DNA of 64,000 bases from a virus. Position 1 is the first letter of the stretch, and each line of letters opens with the position of its first letter. The notes under the pieces were generated by a model. That model ran no database searches. It was not told where the DNA came from and worked only from the letters and a program-made list of their open reading frames with translations. This document shows, one piece after another, positions 38,613-48,810 of this stretch. A program made the position numbers and the translations under genes. The stretch covers positions 98,188 to 162,187 of IMG/VR virus record IMGVR_UViG_3300023174_000058; one strand, written 5' to 3'.

Positions 38613-39001
38613 TGGAAAAACTTAAAGAATTTTTATCAAAATTTAAAAAATGGATTATTGCTGGCGTTGTTGGTATCGCAGTTGCTTTTCTAGCTTGGAA
38701 GAAATTCTTTGCAGAAGAGGTAAAACTTAACGAGCCTTCTAAAAAAGAAGAAGAAGCAAAAGACAAAGCTAAAAAACAATTAGAACAGGAACTTGCTGCT
38801 CTTGAAGCTGAAAAGAAACAAAAAGAAGCAAAGCTAGAAGCAGAAAAGAAAACTAAAGAAGAAGAAATAAAGAAGCAAGCAGAAGAAGAAAAGAAAAAGC
38901 TAGAAGAGCTAGCGAAAAAAGATAAAGAAAAATACAAAAAAGAAGTAACTGCCAAAACTGGCATACCAGAAAAAAAGAAAGGCCGACCAAAGAAAAGATG
39001 A
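38612..39001 (+). CDS. Membrane-anchored K/E coiled-coil protein (spanin-like candidate)
   Basis: N-terminal TM WIIAGVVGIAVAFLAW then a charged coiled coil; ATG overlaps the holin-like stop. Confidence 0.4.
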   Translation: MEKLKEFLSKFKKWIIAGVVGIAVAFLAWKKFFAEEVKLNEPSKKEEEAKDKAKKQLEQELAALEAEKKQKEAKLEAEKKTKEEEIKKQAEEEKKKLEELAKKDKEKYKKEVTAKTGIPEKKKGRPKKR

Positions 39002-39450
39002 TAAATAAAAAATTTCTGTTTTCTTTCCTTACGCTACTTTTATTAGTGGTGCGATCTCCTTTTGTTTTTGCTGAGGATGTTTCAGAAGAAACTGGCTATA
39101 TTGATTTAAAAGCCGGTGAAAAAGCCCCAGTGGATGGACTGCTTTTTGATCCTCCTGCTCTCTCAAAATTAATAGCAAATCAGCAAACTAAGTTAAATTT
39201 ATTAGCTTTAGAAAAAGATACTGAGATTGGCAAAATAAAACTAGAATTAGAAACTGTAATAAAGAAAAAAGAAGCAGAAATTAAAGTAAATAAAGAACTT
39301 AGTGAAGATTTAATAAAGATAAAACAAGAAAGAATAGAGCAATTAAGTAAAGAAATGAAATGGAATAATTTATACTTTGTTGGCGGATTTACAGTTGGAG
39401 TTGTAATTTCTATAGTTATTTTCTATGCAGCAGTTCAGGTGCCACAATGA
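38998..39450 (+). CDS. Secreted coiled-coil protein with C-terminal TM (spanin-like candidate)
   Basis: Signal-peptide-like N-terminus, coiled coil, C-terminal TM LYFVGGFTVGVVISIVIFYAAV. Confidence 0.4.
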   Translation: MINKKFLFSFLTLLLLVVRSPFVFAEDVSEETGYIDLKAGEKAPVDGLLFDPPALSKLIANQQTKLNLLALEKDTEIGKIKLELETVIKKKEAEIKVNKELSEDLIKIKQERIEQLSKEMKWNNLYFVGGFTVGVVISIVIFYAAVQVPQ

Positions 39451-39791
39451 AAAAAGATCTAAATTATATCGCAGCATTAGAAAAAGCAGTAAGAGAAAAG
39501 TATGGCGAATTAGCTATAATAAATCCAAAAAGCAACTGGAATCCAGAAAAAGAGCAAATTTATATAGAGCAAACAAAAGAATCTTATAAAAAAGAATCAA
39601 TGGCTGAAAAATCCCAAGAGAAAGTAGACTTAGGAGGGGTTTTAATATCCAAGAAACTAATTAATAGTAATAATAATAGGCAATGTAAATATTGTAAAAA
39701 ATATTCATTCAATAGAGATGATGATGTTTACCTTACAAAGTATTTAAGTTGCCACATTTGTTATATTCAGCAAATTGAAGGTAGAAAATAA
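39447..39791 (+). CDS. Hypothetical protein with C-terminal Cys4 zinc site
   Basis: CKYC ... CHIC. Confidence 0.55.
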   Translation: MKKDLNYIAALEKAVREKYGELAIINPKSNWNPEKEQIYIEQTKESYKKESMAEKSQEKVDLGGVLISKKLINSNNNRQCKYCKKYSFNRDDDVYLTKYLSCHICYIQQIEGRK

Positions 39792-41599
39792 TGTCTTCAG
39801 CACTAAAAATAGTTAATAAAACAAACACACAAAACAAAAAAAGTCTAGATGAGGGCTTAGGAGTTCTTGTCGCTGGTATGATACTTGGTCTTCCGTTAGG
39901 GCTGATTGCACAAAAAATAGGAACTATTCTTGGCAAAAATCTTAGAAATAAAAAAGATGGACAAACCATACTAAATAAGGAAACCGAACAGCTACATTTT
40001 GATTTAAAAACAATTTTAAAAAAATATAAAGTAGATGAATCTGATGAAATAGCAAAAGAAATTGCTGATTTATTTAGAGAATCGTTTATCAATCCTCCTA
40101 AATTTGAAGAAAATTTTAAAACTATCGATGCTATTTTAAAAAAAGGGTTTTCCGTTGGGAACACCAACACTGTAGAAAATTCTATTTCTGAAATTAACTA
40201 TAATAAATTAAATGAAATTATAAAAAATCAATTAGTATCTGAACTTGGAAAGATTATAAAAGCGGCCACCGATAAAACAACTAAAAAGCTATCTGGACTT
40301 AGTATTGGGCAGCTTAAACAAACACAAGAAAAAACGAAATCACCAGTGCAACAAGCTTCACAAGAAACTGTAGATGAACCAACAAAAACTCCTGAAAGCT
40401 TTACAGATTTTAACAGAAAACAACAATCTGATTATTTAGTTTATCTTGTTAGAGCTTCTAGACAAAAAAATTTACAAATAGATGCAAAAGCTTTAGATAA
40501 TTTCACAAATAAATTTGATGAAATACTTAAAACTGGTAAAGCCCCGACTGAAGAGCAATTAAAACAAATCGCTGACCAATCTTTTGCGGCACAACAGGCT
40601 GTACAAAAAGAACCAGAAACTACAACTAAACAAGAAAAAGCAGTAGAGCCAGAAGAGACTAAACAGGAAAAAGTTCCACCTTCTGAATTTATTGATAAAC
40701 TTAATAAAATTAAAAAAGCATTTAAATTAAACAAAGAACAAACATCTGTTATAAAAAATTTAAATGCTCTTTTTATGCGCGCTACTGCTACACTTCAAGA
40801 ACAAAAATGGTCTAAAAAATATGTTTTAGATAAAATTAAAACAGCCGTTGAAGGTTCCGAATTTAGTGATTTTGACGAATTAGGAAAAAATAATCTTATA
40901 AAAATTTTAAGTAGCGTATTTACGACTATATATTTTCCAGTGGAAGCAACTCCTGCCGATAAAGAAATAACTAAAAAAGTTGAAGCTGTTGCAGAGAAGG
41001 CGGCAGAAGAAAGTCCAAAGCAATCTTCCGAGGAAGCAGAAGAATTAAGCGATGACGATATAGAAGAAGTAAACCCAAAGAATGATGCTAAAAATACAGA
41101 AACAGCAGCAGAACCTGAAAAAAATATAAGCGATAGTGATAAAGAGACGATAAAAAATATTAAAGAAATATCAACAAAAATAACAGATGAAGTTATAAAT
41201 AAAATTATTAATATAATTAATTCAGAATTTGTAGAAGATGAAGCAGCTGCATCACTAAACGAAGGAGCAAGCAGCTCAAAAGCTAAACAAATTATTAACA
41301 TAATAAATAATTTACAATTAACAGATTTGGAAAAATATAAGCTTTATGACGAATTGCAATCTTTTGTTAATAGTAAATTAAAAGATGACAAAGAAGCGCA
41401 AGTAGACAATTATAGTTTTTATAGTATTCTTGGCGATGAGCGGAGAAAATATAATCAAGCATTCTTAGAGGACTTTAAAACAAGAAAAAGAGTAAACGAA
41501 AATTTATTTTCCAAATTTATAAACAATCAAAAAACATTAAATAAAAAACAAATATTTAAATTTGATGGGGATACTTTTAAAAAGTATAACAGAGGATAA
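39791..41599 (+). CDS. Large acidic/coiled-coil protein, candidate internal head or ejection protein
   Basis: 602 aa, K/E rich, with an N-terminal hydrophobic Gly-rich segment after SLDE and several L/I-X-E sites. Confidence 0.4.
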   Translation: MSSALKIVNKTNTQNKKSLDEGLGVLVAGMILGLPLGLIAQKIGTILGKNLRNKKDGQTILNKETEQLHFDLKTILKKYKVDESDEIAKEIADLFRESFINPPKFEENFKTIDAILKKGFSVGNTNTVENSISEINYNKLNEIIKNQLVSELGKIIKAATDKTTKKLSGLSIGQLKQTQEKTKSPVQQASQETVDEPTKTPESFTDFNRKQQSDYLVYLVRASRQKNLQIDAKALDNFTNKFDEILKTGKAPTEEQLKQIADQSFAAQQAVQKEPETTTKQEKAVEPEETKQEKVPPSEFIDKLNKIKKAFKLNKEQTSVIKNLNALFMRATATLQEQKWSKKYVLDKIKTAVEGSEFSDFDELGKNNLIKILSSVFTTIYFPVEATPADKEITKKVEAVAEKAAEESPKQSSEEAEELSDDDIEEVNPKNDAKNTETAAEPEKNISDSDKETIKNIKEISTKITDEVINKIINIINSEFVEDEAAASLNEGASSSKAKQIINIINNLQLTDLEKYKLYDELQSFVNSKLKDDKEAQVDNYSFYSILGDERRKYNQAFLEDFKTRKRVNENLFSKFINNQKTLNKKQIFKFDGDTFKKYNRG

Positions 41600-41604
41600 T
41601 ATAA

Positions 41605-42153
41605 ATGGCACTTTCAATATATGATGTTGTAAAAGGTATTTCACAAGCAATCCACAACAAACACCACGGCGCAATTGATGCAAACGGTGAACTTGTAGAA
41701 ATTGGCCTAAAACGCGAAGACCAACCAATAACAGACCAACGTATCATGGATGGGTTTGGTGTTTCCATGCAAGGTAATCTACTTATTATTAAATATAACA
41801 GCTTTGAACCATTAGCAAACTTACATGAAAAGCGTTTTGAAAAAGAAATTGAACGCCGCATGGAAGAAGTTAAAAAATTTATTGTTAAAGAATTTAGCAA
41901 AGTAACAGGTAGTAATCTTAGATTAAAAGAAGTTGGCGAAGTTAAAGTATTAGTAGAAACTTCCAATCGCATAAAAGCTCTTGTAAAGGCTATGATGCCA
42001 TTTGAAGTGCTTAATTTAAAAGAAGTAGAACCAGTCGGCAGTCGCGGTAATGTCGCTACAGGCAATTTAGAAAAAATGAAAGAATATTTTGGCAAGCAAG
42101 AAAAAATGATTAAAAAAGCCAAATCAATAAACGTAACCCGTAAAGAGAAATAA
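41605..42153 (+). CDS. Hypothetical protein upstream of the terminase
   Basis: 182 aa, SD GAGG; no recognised motif. Confidence 0.5.
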   Translation: MALSIYDVVKGISQAIHNKHHGAIDANGELVEIGLKREDQPITDQRIMDGFGVSMQGNLLIIKYNSFEPLANLHEKRFEKEIERRMEEVKKFIVKEFSKVTGSNLRLKEVGEVKVLVETSNRIKALVKAMMPFEVLNLKEVEPVGSRGNVATGNLEKMKEYFGKQEKMIKKAKSINVTRKEK

Positions 42154-42165
42154 AAGAGTGGCCTT

Positions 42166-43740
42166 ATGTCAGATGAGCTTTCGATTGAGGAGATAAAGAA
42201 AGAAATTATTAAGTGTGGCAAAAATCCTGCCTACTTTTTAAAGAATTATGCCAGAATTACCCATCCCGATAAGGGCGCAATACCTTTTAAGACGTATGGT
42301 TTCCAAGACGACTTATTAGATAAATTCCGTGATCACCGTTTTAATGTTATAGTAAAAGCCCGCCAGCTTGGTATTTCAACCATCTGCGCGGGCTATATTG
42401 CTTGGCTTATTTTGTTCTATAGAGAAAAAAACGTACTTGTTATGGCTACAAAATATAGTACAGCAAGCAATATGGTAAAAAAAGTTAAGTTCTTAATTAA
42501 GAACGTGCCAGATTGGCTAAAAATTGCAACTGTAAGCGTTGACAACAAACATTCATTTGAATTAACAAATGGTTCACAGATAAAGGCTATCCCCACTTCA
42601 GAAGATGCTGGTCGTTCTGAAGCGGTATCTTTGCTTGTAGTTGACGAAGCTGCGCACATTGATAACATGGACAGCATCTGGACAGCTCTATATCCTACTA
42701 TTTCAACTGGTGGTCGCTGTATCGCTCTTTCCTCTCCAAATGGTATAGGCAACTGGTTTCACAAAACGTATGAAGATGCTGAAAATAATCAAAATCTTTT
42801 CATTCCAACCAATTTGCCTTGGGATGTCCACCCGGACCATGATCAAGAATGGTTTGATAACGAAACCAAGAACCTTTCAAAAAGAGAAGTAGCACAAGAG
42901 TATCTTTGTAGTTTTAATGCATCTGGCGAAACAGTTATCGACCCAGATGACATGGAATACTTAAGAAGTAATGTATCAGAACCAAAGCATAAATCTTGGA
43001 TAGATAGAAATTATCATATTTGGAAACCCTATAATCATCAAGGCAAATATTTAATGGTCGCAGACGTAGCACGAGGAGACGGCGAGGACTATTCAGTTTT
43101 CCATATATTAAATGTTTCTACTATGGAACAGGTTGCGGAATATCAAGGAAAATGTGAACCGGATCAATTTGTAAAATTATTAATCGATGCTGGTAAAGAA
43201 TATGGCAACGCTTTACTTGTTATAGAAAACAACAATATTGGTTTTACGGTAGCGCAAAGAGTCGCAGAGTTTGGATATAGAAATCTTTATTATTCAAATA
43301 AGTCTTCACATGAATATGTTGAACCAAATGCGGCGATAGGTAATAGTAATGTTGTGCCGGGATTTACAACATCCGTAAAAACAAGACCATTGATAATTGC
43401 TAAACTTGATGAAATTATAAGAAACAAGGCAATTACAATTAACTCAGCAAGACTAATTAGGGAATTAGAAAAGTTTATTTGGGTTAATGGCAGACCTGAA
43501 GCTCAAAAAGGTTATAATGACGATCTTGTTATGTCATTAGCTATTGCTTGCTGGGTTAGAGATACTACTATAATTAACAATCAAAAAGATGTAGAATTAA
43601 GTAAAGCAATATTGAACAGCATTGGAAAAAGCAATAGCATTTTAAACAGCAGCATAAAAGGAATGCATAATCACAAAGAAGTTGAATTCAATAACGCTAG
43701 AAATACTTATAAAGATTTCTTGTGGTTAATAAAAGGATAA
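42166..43740 (+). CDS. terL: Terminase large subunit (T4 gp17-like)
   Basis: KARQLGIST Walker A, LLVVDEAAH Walker B, SSPNG coupling motif, ADVARGDGEDYS, IENN and NDDLVMS nuclease motifs. Confidence 0.95.
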   Translation: MSDELSIEEIKKEIIKCGKNPAYFLKNYARITHPDKGAIPFKTYGFQDDLLDKFRDHRFNVIVKARQLGISTICAGYIAWLILFYREKNVLVMATKYSTASNMVKKVKFLIKNVPDWLKIATVSVDNKHSFELTNGSQIKAIPTSEDAGRSEAVSLLVVDEAAHIDNMDSIWTALYPTISTGGRCIALSSPNGIGNWFHKTYEDAENNQNLFIPTNLPWDVHPDHDQEWFDNETKNLSKREVAQEYLCSFNASGETVIDPDDMEYLRSNVSEPKHKSWIDRNYHIWKPYNHQGKYLMVADVARGDGEDYSVFHILNVSTMEQVAEYQGKCEPDQFVKLLIDAGKEYGNALLVIENNNIGFTVAQRVAEFGYRNLYYSNKSSHEYVEPNAAIGNSNVVPGFTTSVKTRPLIIAKLDEIIRNKAITINSARLIRELEKFIWVNGRPEAQKGYNDDLVMSLAIACWVRDTTIINNQKDVELSKAILNSIGKSNSILNSSIKGMHNHKEVEFNNARNTYKDFLWLIKG

Positions 43741-43744
43741 TTAA

Positions 43745-45619
43745 ATGGCAGATCAATACGGAAGAAAACCAGTAAAGTTTAATAAAAATATAAAAAACCC
43801 AGAATCACAATTATTCAAAAGTCTAACAAGACTTTTTTCTGGTCCTCTTGTTAATTTTCGTCAACAAGCACAAATACGTTTTCGCCGTCGTGATTTAAAT
43901 AAATTTAATTTTACTAGTGCAACCGGTAAGCAATTTCAAAAAAGTAGTTATAACCCATTTGATGCCATACAAGCAAATATTATGGCAAACCAAACTCGCG
44001 CAGAACGTTACAGCGATTTTGATCAGATGGAATACACTCCAGAAATTGCGTCAACGCTTGATATCTATGCGGACGAAATGACAACACATAGCAGTATAAG
44101 CAAGATGTTGCACATTAAATCTTCTAATCAAGAAATACGTGGTATTTTAGAGTCACTATATTATGATGTTCTAAATATTGAATTCAACCTATTTGGCTGG
44201 TGTAGAACAATGTGCAAGTTCGGAGATATGTTCCTATACCTCGATATAGACCCAGAGCTGGGTGTTAAAAATGCTATTGGTTTACCATCGCCAGAAATTG
44301 AACGTCTTGAAGGGCAAGATAAGACAAATCCAAATTATGTTCAATTTCAATGGAATAGCGGTGGTTTAACCTTTGAAAGCTGGCAAATTGCTCATTTCCG
44401 TATTCTTGGACAAGATAAATATGCACCATACGGTACAAGCGTTCTAGAACCAGCGCGTCGAATTTGGCGTCAATTAAATCTGTTAGAAGATGCAATGATG
44501 GCTTACCGTATTGTTAGATCCCCAGATCGCCGTGTTTTTTATATCGATGTTGGAAATATAGCCCCAGAAGATGTTGAACAATACATGTTAAAGATTCAAG
44601 CACAAATGAAACGCAACATGATTATTGATCCAAACACTGGTCGTGTTGATTTACGTTATAATCCAATGAGTATCGATGAAGACTATTTCGTTCCAACACG
44701 CGGTACATCAAATACAAAAATTGATACTCTACAAGGTGGTACTTTTGCAAGCGCAATTGATGACGTTAAATATTTAAGAGACAAGCTATTTAGCGCTCTT
44801 AAGATTCCACAATCTTATCTTGCGCGTGACGATAAAGCTAGCGAAGACAAGACTACGTTAGCACAAAAAGATATACGTTTTGCTCGTACCATTCAAAGAC
44901 TACAAAGAGCTCTTATTGCTGAATTAGAGAGAGTTGGTATTATCCATCTTTTTACTCTTGGTTATCGAAACGAAGATTTGTTAAATTTTAGTCTTTCGCT
45001 AAATAATCCATCAAAAATTAGTGAATTACAAGAACTTGAACATTGGAAAACAAAGTTTGAAGTAGCCTCACAGGCAAAAGAAGGTTTTTTTAGCAAACGC
45101 TGGATTTCAGAAAATATATTTAATCTATCTGAAGTAGAATTTAAGAAAATACAACGTGAAATCTTCTACGATAAACAATTTGAAGCTTCATTAGAAGCGG
45201 CTGGCGGCGCATCAGCATCAGCCGGAGCCGAAGCTAGTGCTCTTGGCGGTGCAGCGGGCGGAGAAACACCAGAATTAGGCGGCGGTACAGAAAGCCCACC
45301 AGCTGAACCTGAAGGTGGCGAAGGAGCAGAATTAAAACCAGTTACAGAATTACCAGCAGCTAAACGTCGTGATGATAAAAAAGCTGTGGATATGCGCTCA
45401 TCGATGTCGAAGGGCGTAGCTTCAGGTATGAGATCAGAAGCATATCCAGAAGGAGCTAGAAGAGATACATTTAGAACTATGATCCCCGGTTATGATAAAT
45501 TATCTTCTATGTATGAAGCAACTAATTATACAGAAGACGAAAATGAAAAAAGATTGCATGAGGTCAATCAGGATATAAAAAATCTGTTGGCAGCTTTGGA
45601 GAAAAAGGATGCAAAATAA
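43745..45619 (+). CDS. Portal protein (T4 gp20-like)
   Basis: QLNLLEDAMMAYRIVRSPDRRVFYIDVGN, EDYFVP.RG, DDVKYLRDKLFSALKIP.SYL. Confidence 0.95.
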   Translation: MADQYGRKPVKFNKNIKNPESQLFKSLTRLFSGPLVNFRQQAQIRFRRRDLNKFNFTSATGKQFQKSSYNPFDAIQANIMANQTRAERYSDFDQMEYTPEIASTLDIYADEMTTHSSISKMLHIKSSNQEIRGILESLYYDVLNIEFNLFGWCRTMCKFGDMFLYLDIDPELGVKNAIGLPSPEIERLEGQDKTNPNYVQFQWNSGGLTFESWQIAHFRILGQDKYAPYGTSVLEPARRIWRQLNLLEDAMMAYRIVRSPDRRVFYIDVGNIAPEDVEQYMLKIQAQMKRNMIIDPNTGRVDLRYNPMSIDEDYFVPTRGTSNTKIDTLQGGTFASAIDDVKYLRDKLFSALKIPQSYLARDDKASEDKTTLAQKDIRFARTIQRLQRALIAELERVGIIHLFTLGYRNEDLLNFSLSLNNPSKISELQELEHWKTKFEVASQAKEGFFSKRWISENIFNLSEVEFKKIQREIFYDKQFEASLEAAGGASASAGAEASALGGAAGGETPELGGGTESPPAEPEGGEGAELKPVTELPAAKRRDDKKAVDMRSSMSKGVASGMRSEAYPEGARRDTFRTMIPGYDKLSSMYEATNYTEDENEKRLHEVNQDIKNLLAALEKKDAK

Positions 45620-46427
45620 TTTAGAAAAACCAAAATTTAAACACAATAAAAAACGAAATAGTGCTTTTTTGTTTGAATCATTGGTTAAAGAATTAACAAA
45701 AAGCGTTGTTTATGACGATAAGGAAAAACAAAAATTATTATCATCATTAATAAAACAACACTTTAATAAGAATAATGTTTTATATAAAGAATTAAGTCTA
45801 TATAAGCAATTATACGAAACAAAAGAGTTTCCAAAAGAAATAGCAGAAAAGCTTGTTGACACAATTAAAAGTGAACACGAAAAACTAAATGAAACAGAAA
45901 TTTATAATGAACAAAGTAAATTAATAGCAAAAATTAATAAGTTTATTGGACCACAAGTTTTCAATAACTTTGTTCCAAATTATAAAAATTTAGCTACAAT
46001 TTCACAAATTTTTAATAAAAATATAGAAACAAAGCAAAAAATTTTATTAGAGCAAGAGCTAATTAATAGTATTACCGGTAAAATAATAACAGAGATTAAA
46101 GAAATTAAATCTGTTGAAAATTCTGTAATTAATAGATTCGTAGAACGCTTTAATGAAGCATACAATGAATCTCTTTTAAAAGAACAAAAAGATTTATTAT
46201 CAGCTTATATTAATTCTTCCGAAGATAGCATTGACCTAAAAGTTTTTATCCATGAAGAATTATTGCGTTTAACAAATGAATTAAAATCAATTGAAGAAAA
46301 AGATAATTCTGGTAATGCAAAAAAAGTGTGTGAATCTTTAGAAAATCTAAAAATTGAAAGCATAAACGATGATTTAATTAAAAAAATTATGTATGCTCAA
46401 CAATTCTTATATGAGGTAAAAAACTAA
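45609..46427 (+). CDS. Hypothetical head-region protein
   Basis: 272 aa helical; KHNKKRNSAFLFE; directly follows the portal. Confidence 0.55.
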   Translation: MQNNLEKPKFKHNKKRNSAFLFESLVKELTKSVVYDDKEKQKLLSSLIKQHFNKNNVLYKELSLYKQLYETKEFPKEIAEKLVDTIKSEHEKLNETEIYNEQSKLIAKINKFIGPQVFNNFVPNYKNLATISQIFNKNIETKQKILLEQELINSITGKIITEIKEIKSVENSVINRFVERFNEAYNESLLKEQKDLLSAYINSSEDSIDLKVFIHEELLRLTNELKSIEEKDNSGNAKKVCESLENLKIESINDDLIKKIMYAQQFLYEVKN

Positions 46428-46987
46428 TGCCAATAGCCTTAAAAATCAAGGGACCGGATGTTAGTGATTTAACCTTAAAAATAAAAGAAAAGAATGTAAA
46501 AAAAGTTACGCTTGCCATCCGTAAAACTCTTGATGGAAACATTTTAATACAAGATCATCACAACATGAATATTGTTGTTATGCCTGATAAGGGAAAGATA
46601 TTATCTTTTCCAAAAGGAGAGTTTAGCCAAGATTGTTATGCTGACCAAGATCAGCTGTTTCAGTTTTTAGTACAAAATGGCGTAATAATGCCAGACACGA
46701 TTATAGGTAGCAACATATATGGTTCTTTGGAAGCAAAATTTAACACACAAAAATCTGGCGAAGAAGAACCTTTAGAAGTTGTAATATTAAATATTAGTAA
46801 TTTCTTAACTAAAGATAAAGAAGAATATAGTATTCGTAAGAAGTTTATTGACGATCTTGAGAAAGAGCTTCTCCACCCAGACTACGAAAATAGTACTGAT
46901 CTTGGTGAAGTCCCACAAGAAAAGTTCAAGGGCAGCATACCAAAATATGGCTTCCCAACTCGTGGCATTTATCGTTACAATTATTAG
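46427..46987 (+). CDS. Hypothetical protein
   Basis: 186-aa coupled ORF. Confidence 0.55.
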   Translation: MPIALKIKGPDVSDLTLKIKEKNVKKVTLAIRKTLDGNILIQDHHNMNIVVMPDKGKILSFPKGEFSQDCYADQDQLFQFLVQNGVIMPDTIIGSNIYGSLEAKFNTQKSGEEEPLEVVILNISNFLTKDKEEYSIRKKFIDDLEKELLHPDYENSTDLGEVPQEKFKGSIPKYGFPTRGIYRYNY

Positions 46988-46995
46988 GAATAAAA

Positions 46996-47265
46996 TTGCA
47001 ATTATCAACATTTATACTGGCTTGTTATGGAATGACTATGATTGCGGTTTATGGCAAAATTTTTGATGCCATAAGGCCGCAACATCATTTTTTTAAATGC
47101 CCTATGTGCATGGGATTTTGGGTTGGTATTATAAACTGGTTTTTAATCGATGTAAGTTTTAATTTCTTTGTTGCTGGCTGTATTGGCTCTGGTGCGAGTT
47201 ATTTTATTAGTCGTCTTGTTGATGATGACGGAATAATCATAAAAATAAAAACTAATAAAAATTAA
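46996..47265 (+). CDS. Small membrane protein with CPMC motif (DUF1360-like)
   Basis: Hydrophobic segments and FKCPMCMGFWVG; TTG start with SD AGGA. Confidence 0.5.
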   Translation: MQLSTFILACYGMTMIAVYGKIFDAIRPQHHFFKCPMCMGFWVGIINWFLIDVSFNFFVAGCIGSGASYFISRLVDDDGIIIKIKTNKN

Positions 47266-47267
47266 TC

Positions 47268-47277
47268 ACTATTTATA
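47268..47277 (+). promoter_or_regulatory. Putative phage late promoter (ACTATTTATA)
   Basis: Recurrent motif. Confidence 0.6.
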
Positions 47278-47282
47278 TTAAC

Positions 47283-47708
47283 ATGAAAATTACAAAAAAG
47301 CTTATCGAGCAATTAATAAAAGAAGAAATTGGTGGCGTTCCACAATATAGTGGTGATGGAGTTTATCCCGGCTATGGATATATGAAAAATGCGCCAGACG
47401 GAAAGCTACCAGATAACAATACTTACGAACCATATAAAGGTCGCGAACCTTATCCAACTGATGCTGAAACGCCAAAAATGGAAGAAGGTCAAATGTTTGT
47501 TGCTCAAGGAAAAAATGTTTATTTACTTGAATTTGTACCCAATTCAGACCGAATGGCGGGAAGATTAACGCCTGTTGGATATTTTGAATTTACAGTAAAC
47601 GAAGTACAAAATGCACTCAATTGGAATGAGTCAGCTCCAGCAAACGTTAAATTTGATGCTAAATTAGAAAAACAAATCCTCGAATTTAGAGGTGTAGACA
47701 AGGGTTAA
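47283..47708 (+). CDS. Candidate internal head protein
   Basis: MKITKKLIEQLIKEEI leader; late-promoter motif 5 nt upstream. Confidence 0.5.
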   Translation: MKITKKLIEQLIKEEIGGVPQYSGDGVYPGYGYMKNAPDGKLPDNNTYEPYKGREPYPTDAETPKMEEGQMFVAQGKNVYLLEFVPNSDRMAGRLTPVGYFEFTVNEVQNALNWNESAPANVKFDAKLEKQILEFRGVDKG

Positions 47709-47710
47709 AT

Positions 47711-47812
47711 ATGCGCTCACAAATCACTTATACACGTCGTTATATGCTTCAACCAGTACGTCGTTGCTGCTCTGGACAAATAAACGTGCGGGTTGCGCCC
47801 GCTAATATTTAG
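47711..47812 (+). CDS. Unannotated 33-aa basic peptide MRSQITYTRRYMLQPVRRCCSGQINVRVAPANI
   Basis: Fills the gap before the protease gene; CGT/CGC Arg codons typical of this genome. Confidence 0.4.
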   Translation: MRSQITYTRRYMLQPVRRCCSGQINVRVAPANI

Positions 47813-47821
47813 GTAAAATAT

Positions 47822-48424
47822 ATGTCACAAGAATTACTTAGAGAATTTTTTGAATTATGCCCAAACGGTACATGTCAAGATCTTTTAACAGAAGCAGAAA
47901 AGCTTGATGTTAAAAGTAATGGCACTATGTATCTTACTGGTAAAATCCAAGAAGCAGATGTAAAGAATGGTAATGGTCGTAAATATAGCGAAAGAATACT
48001 TCGTCGCGAAATTGAAAAATATCAATCTGTTATCAGCGAAAATCGTGCTCTTGGAGAGCTAGATCACCCAGAAAGTTCTGTAATTAATCTTAAAAATGCG
48101 TCGCATCTTATTGTTAAAACTTGGTGGGATGGACCTGCCGTTATGGGTAAATTAAAAGTGCTACCAACCCCAAGCGGACAAATTCTTAAATCTCTTGTAG
48201 AAAGTGGCGTTAAGCTTGGGATTAGCTCTCGTGGACTTGGTTCTACCCATCAAATCAATGGCGTGACAATGGTGGATGATGACTTCCAGCTTATTTGCTT
48301 TGATATGGTAAGCGAACCATCAACTCCAAATGCCTACATGATGAAAGAAGCAAAAGATCGTTTGGTAAAAGAAGCAAAAAATAATAAATTAGCTGAATTA
48401 GCTTTAAAAATATTAGGCGGCTAG
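47822..48424 (+). CDS. Prohead protease (T4 gp21-like)
   Basis: N.NGRKY, ALGELDHP, INL.NASH, LPTPSG, GISSRGLGS, FDMVSEPS. Confidence 0.95.
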   Translation: MSQELLREFFELCPNGTCQDLLTEAEKLDVKSNGTMYLTGKIQEADVKNGNGRKYSERILRREIEKYQSVISENRALGELDHPESSVINLKNASHLIVKTWWDGPAVMGKLKVLPTPSGQILKSLVESGVKLGISSRGLGSTHQINGVTMVDDDFQLICFDMVSEPSTPNAYMMKEAKDRLVKEAKNNKLAELALKILGG

Positions 48425-48425
48425 A

Positions 48426-48806
48426 ATGAATACAAAAGAATTAAAAGCTACTATAAAACCATTAATTAAGCAATGTATTAAAGAAGTTTTAATGGAAGAA
48501 GGGCTTGGTAAATTAATTGCAGAATCGATTGAACAACCTGTGGTTAAAAAGCAAGAGCCAATAAAAGAATCAAAAGCACATACAGAAAATCGTAAAAAAT
48601 TATTAGATCAAATTGGTAAAGAGGGATATGTAAATACAAAATTTGATCCTTTTTCTGGCACCAAACCTCTAACAGAGGCTCAAGCAAGTAATATTACTGG
48701 ACCGGCTCAAACAATGGATCCATCTGATCCCGGTGTAGATGTAAGTAAATTAATAGCAGGTAACAAACAAGTGTGGAAAACACTAACTAATGGAAAGAAA
48801 GGTTAA
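48426..48806 (+). CDS. Hypothetical head-associated protein
   Basis: MNTKELKATIKPLIKQCIKEVLMEE leader; several L/I-X-E sites. Confidence 0.5.
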   Translation: MNTKELKATIKPLIKQCIKEVLMEEGLGKLIAESIEQPVVKKQEPIKESKAHTENRKKLLDQIGKEGYVNTKFDPFSGTKPLTEAQASNITGPAQTMDPSDPGVDVSKLIAGNKQVWKTLTNGKKG

Positions 48807-48810
48807 ATAA

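Noticed and set aside
41605-42153. Small terminase subunit
   Set aside because: Only its position supports the call; no gp16-like motif was recognised.
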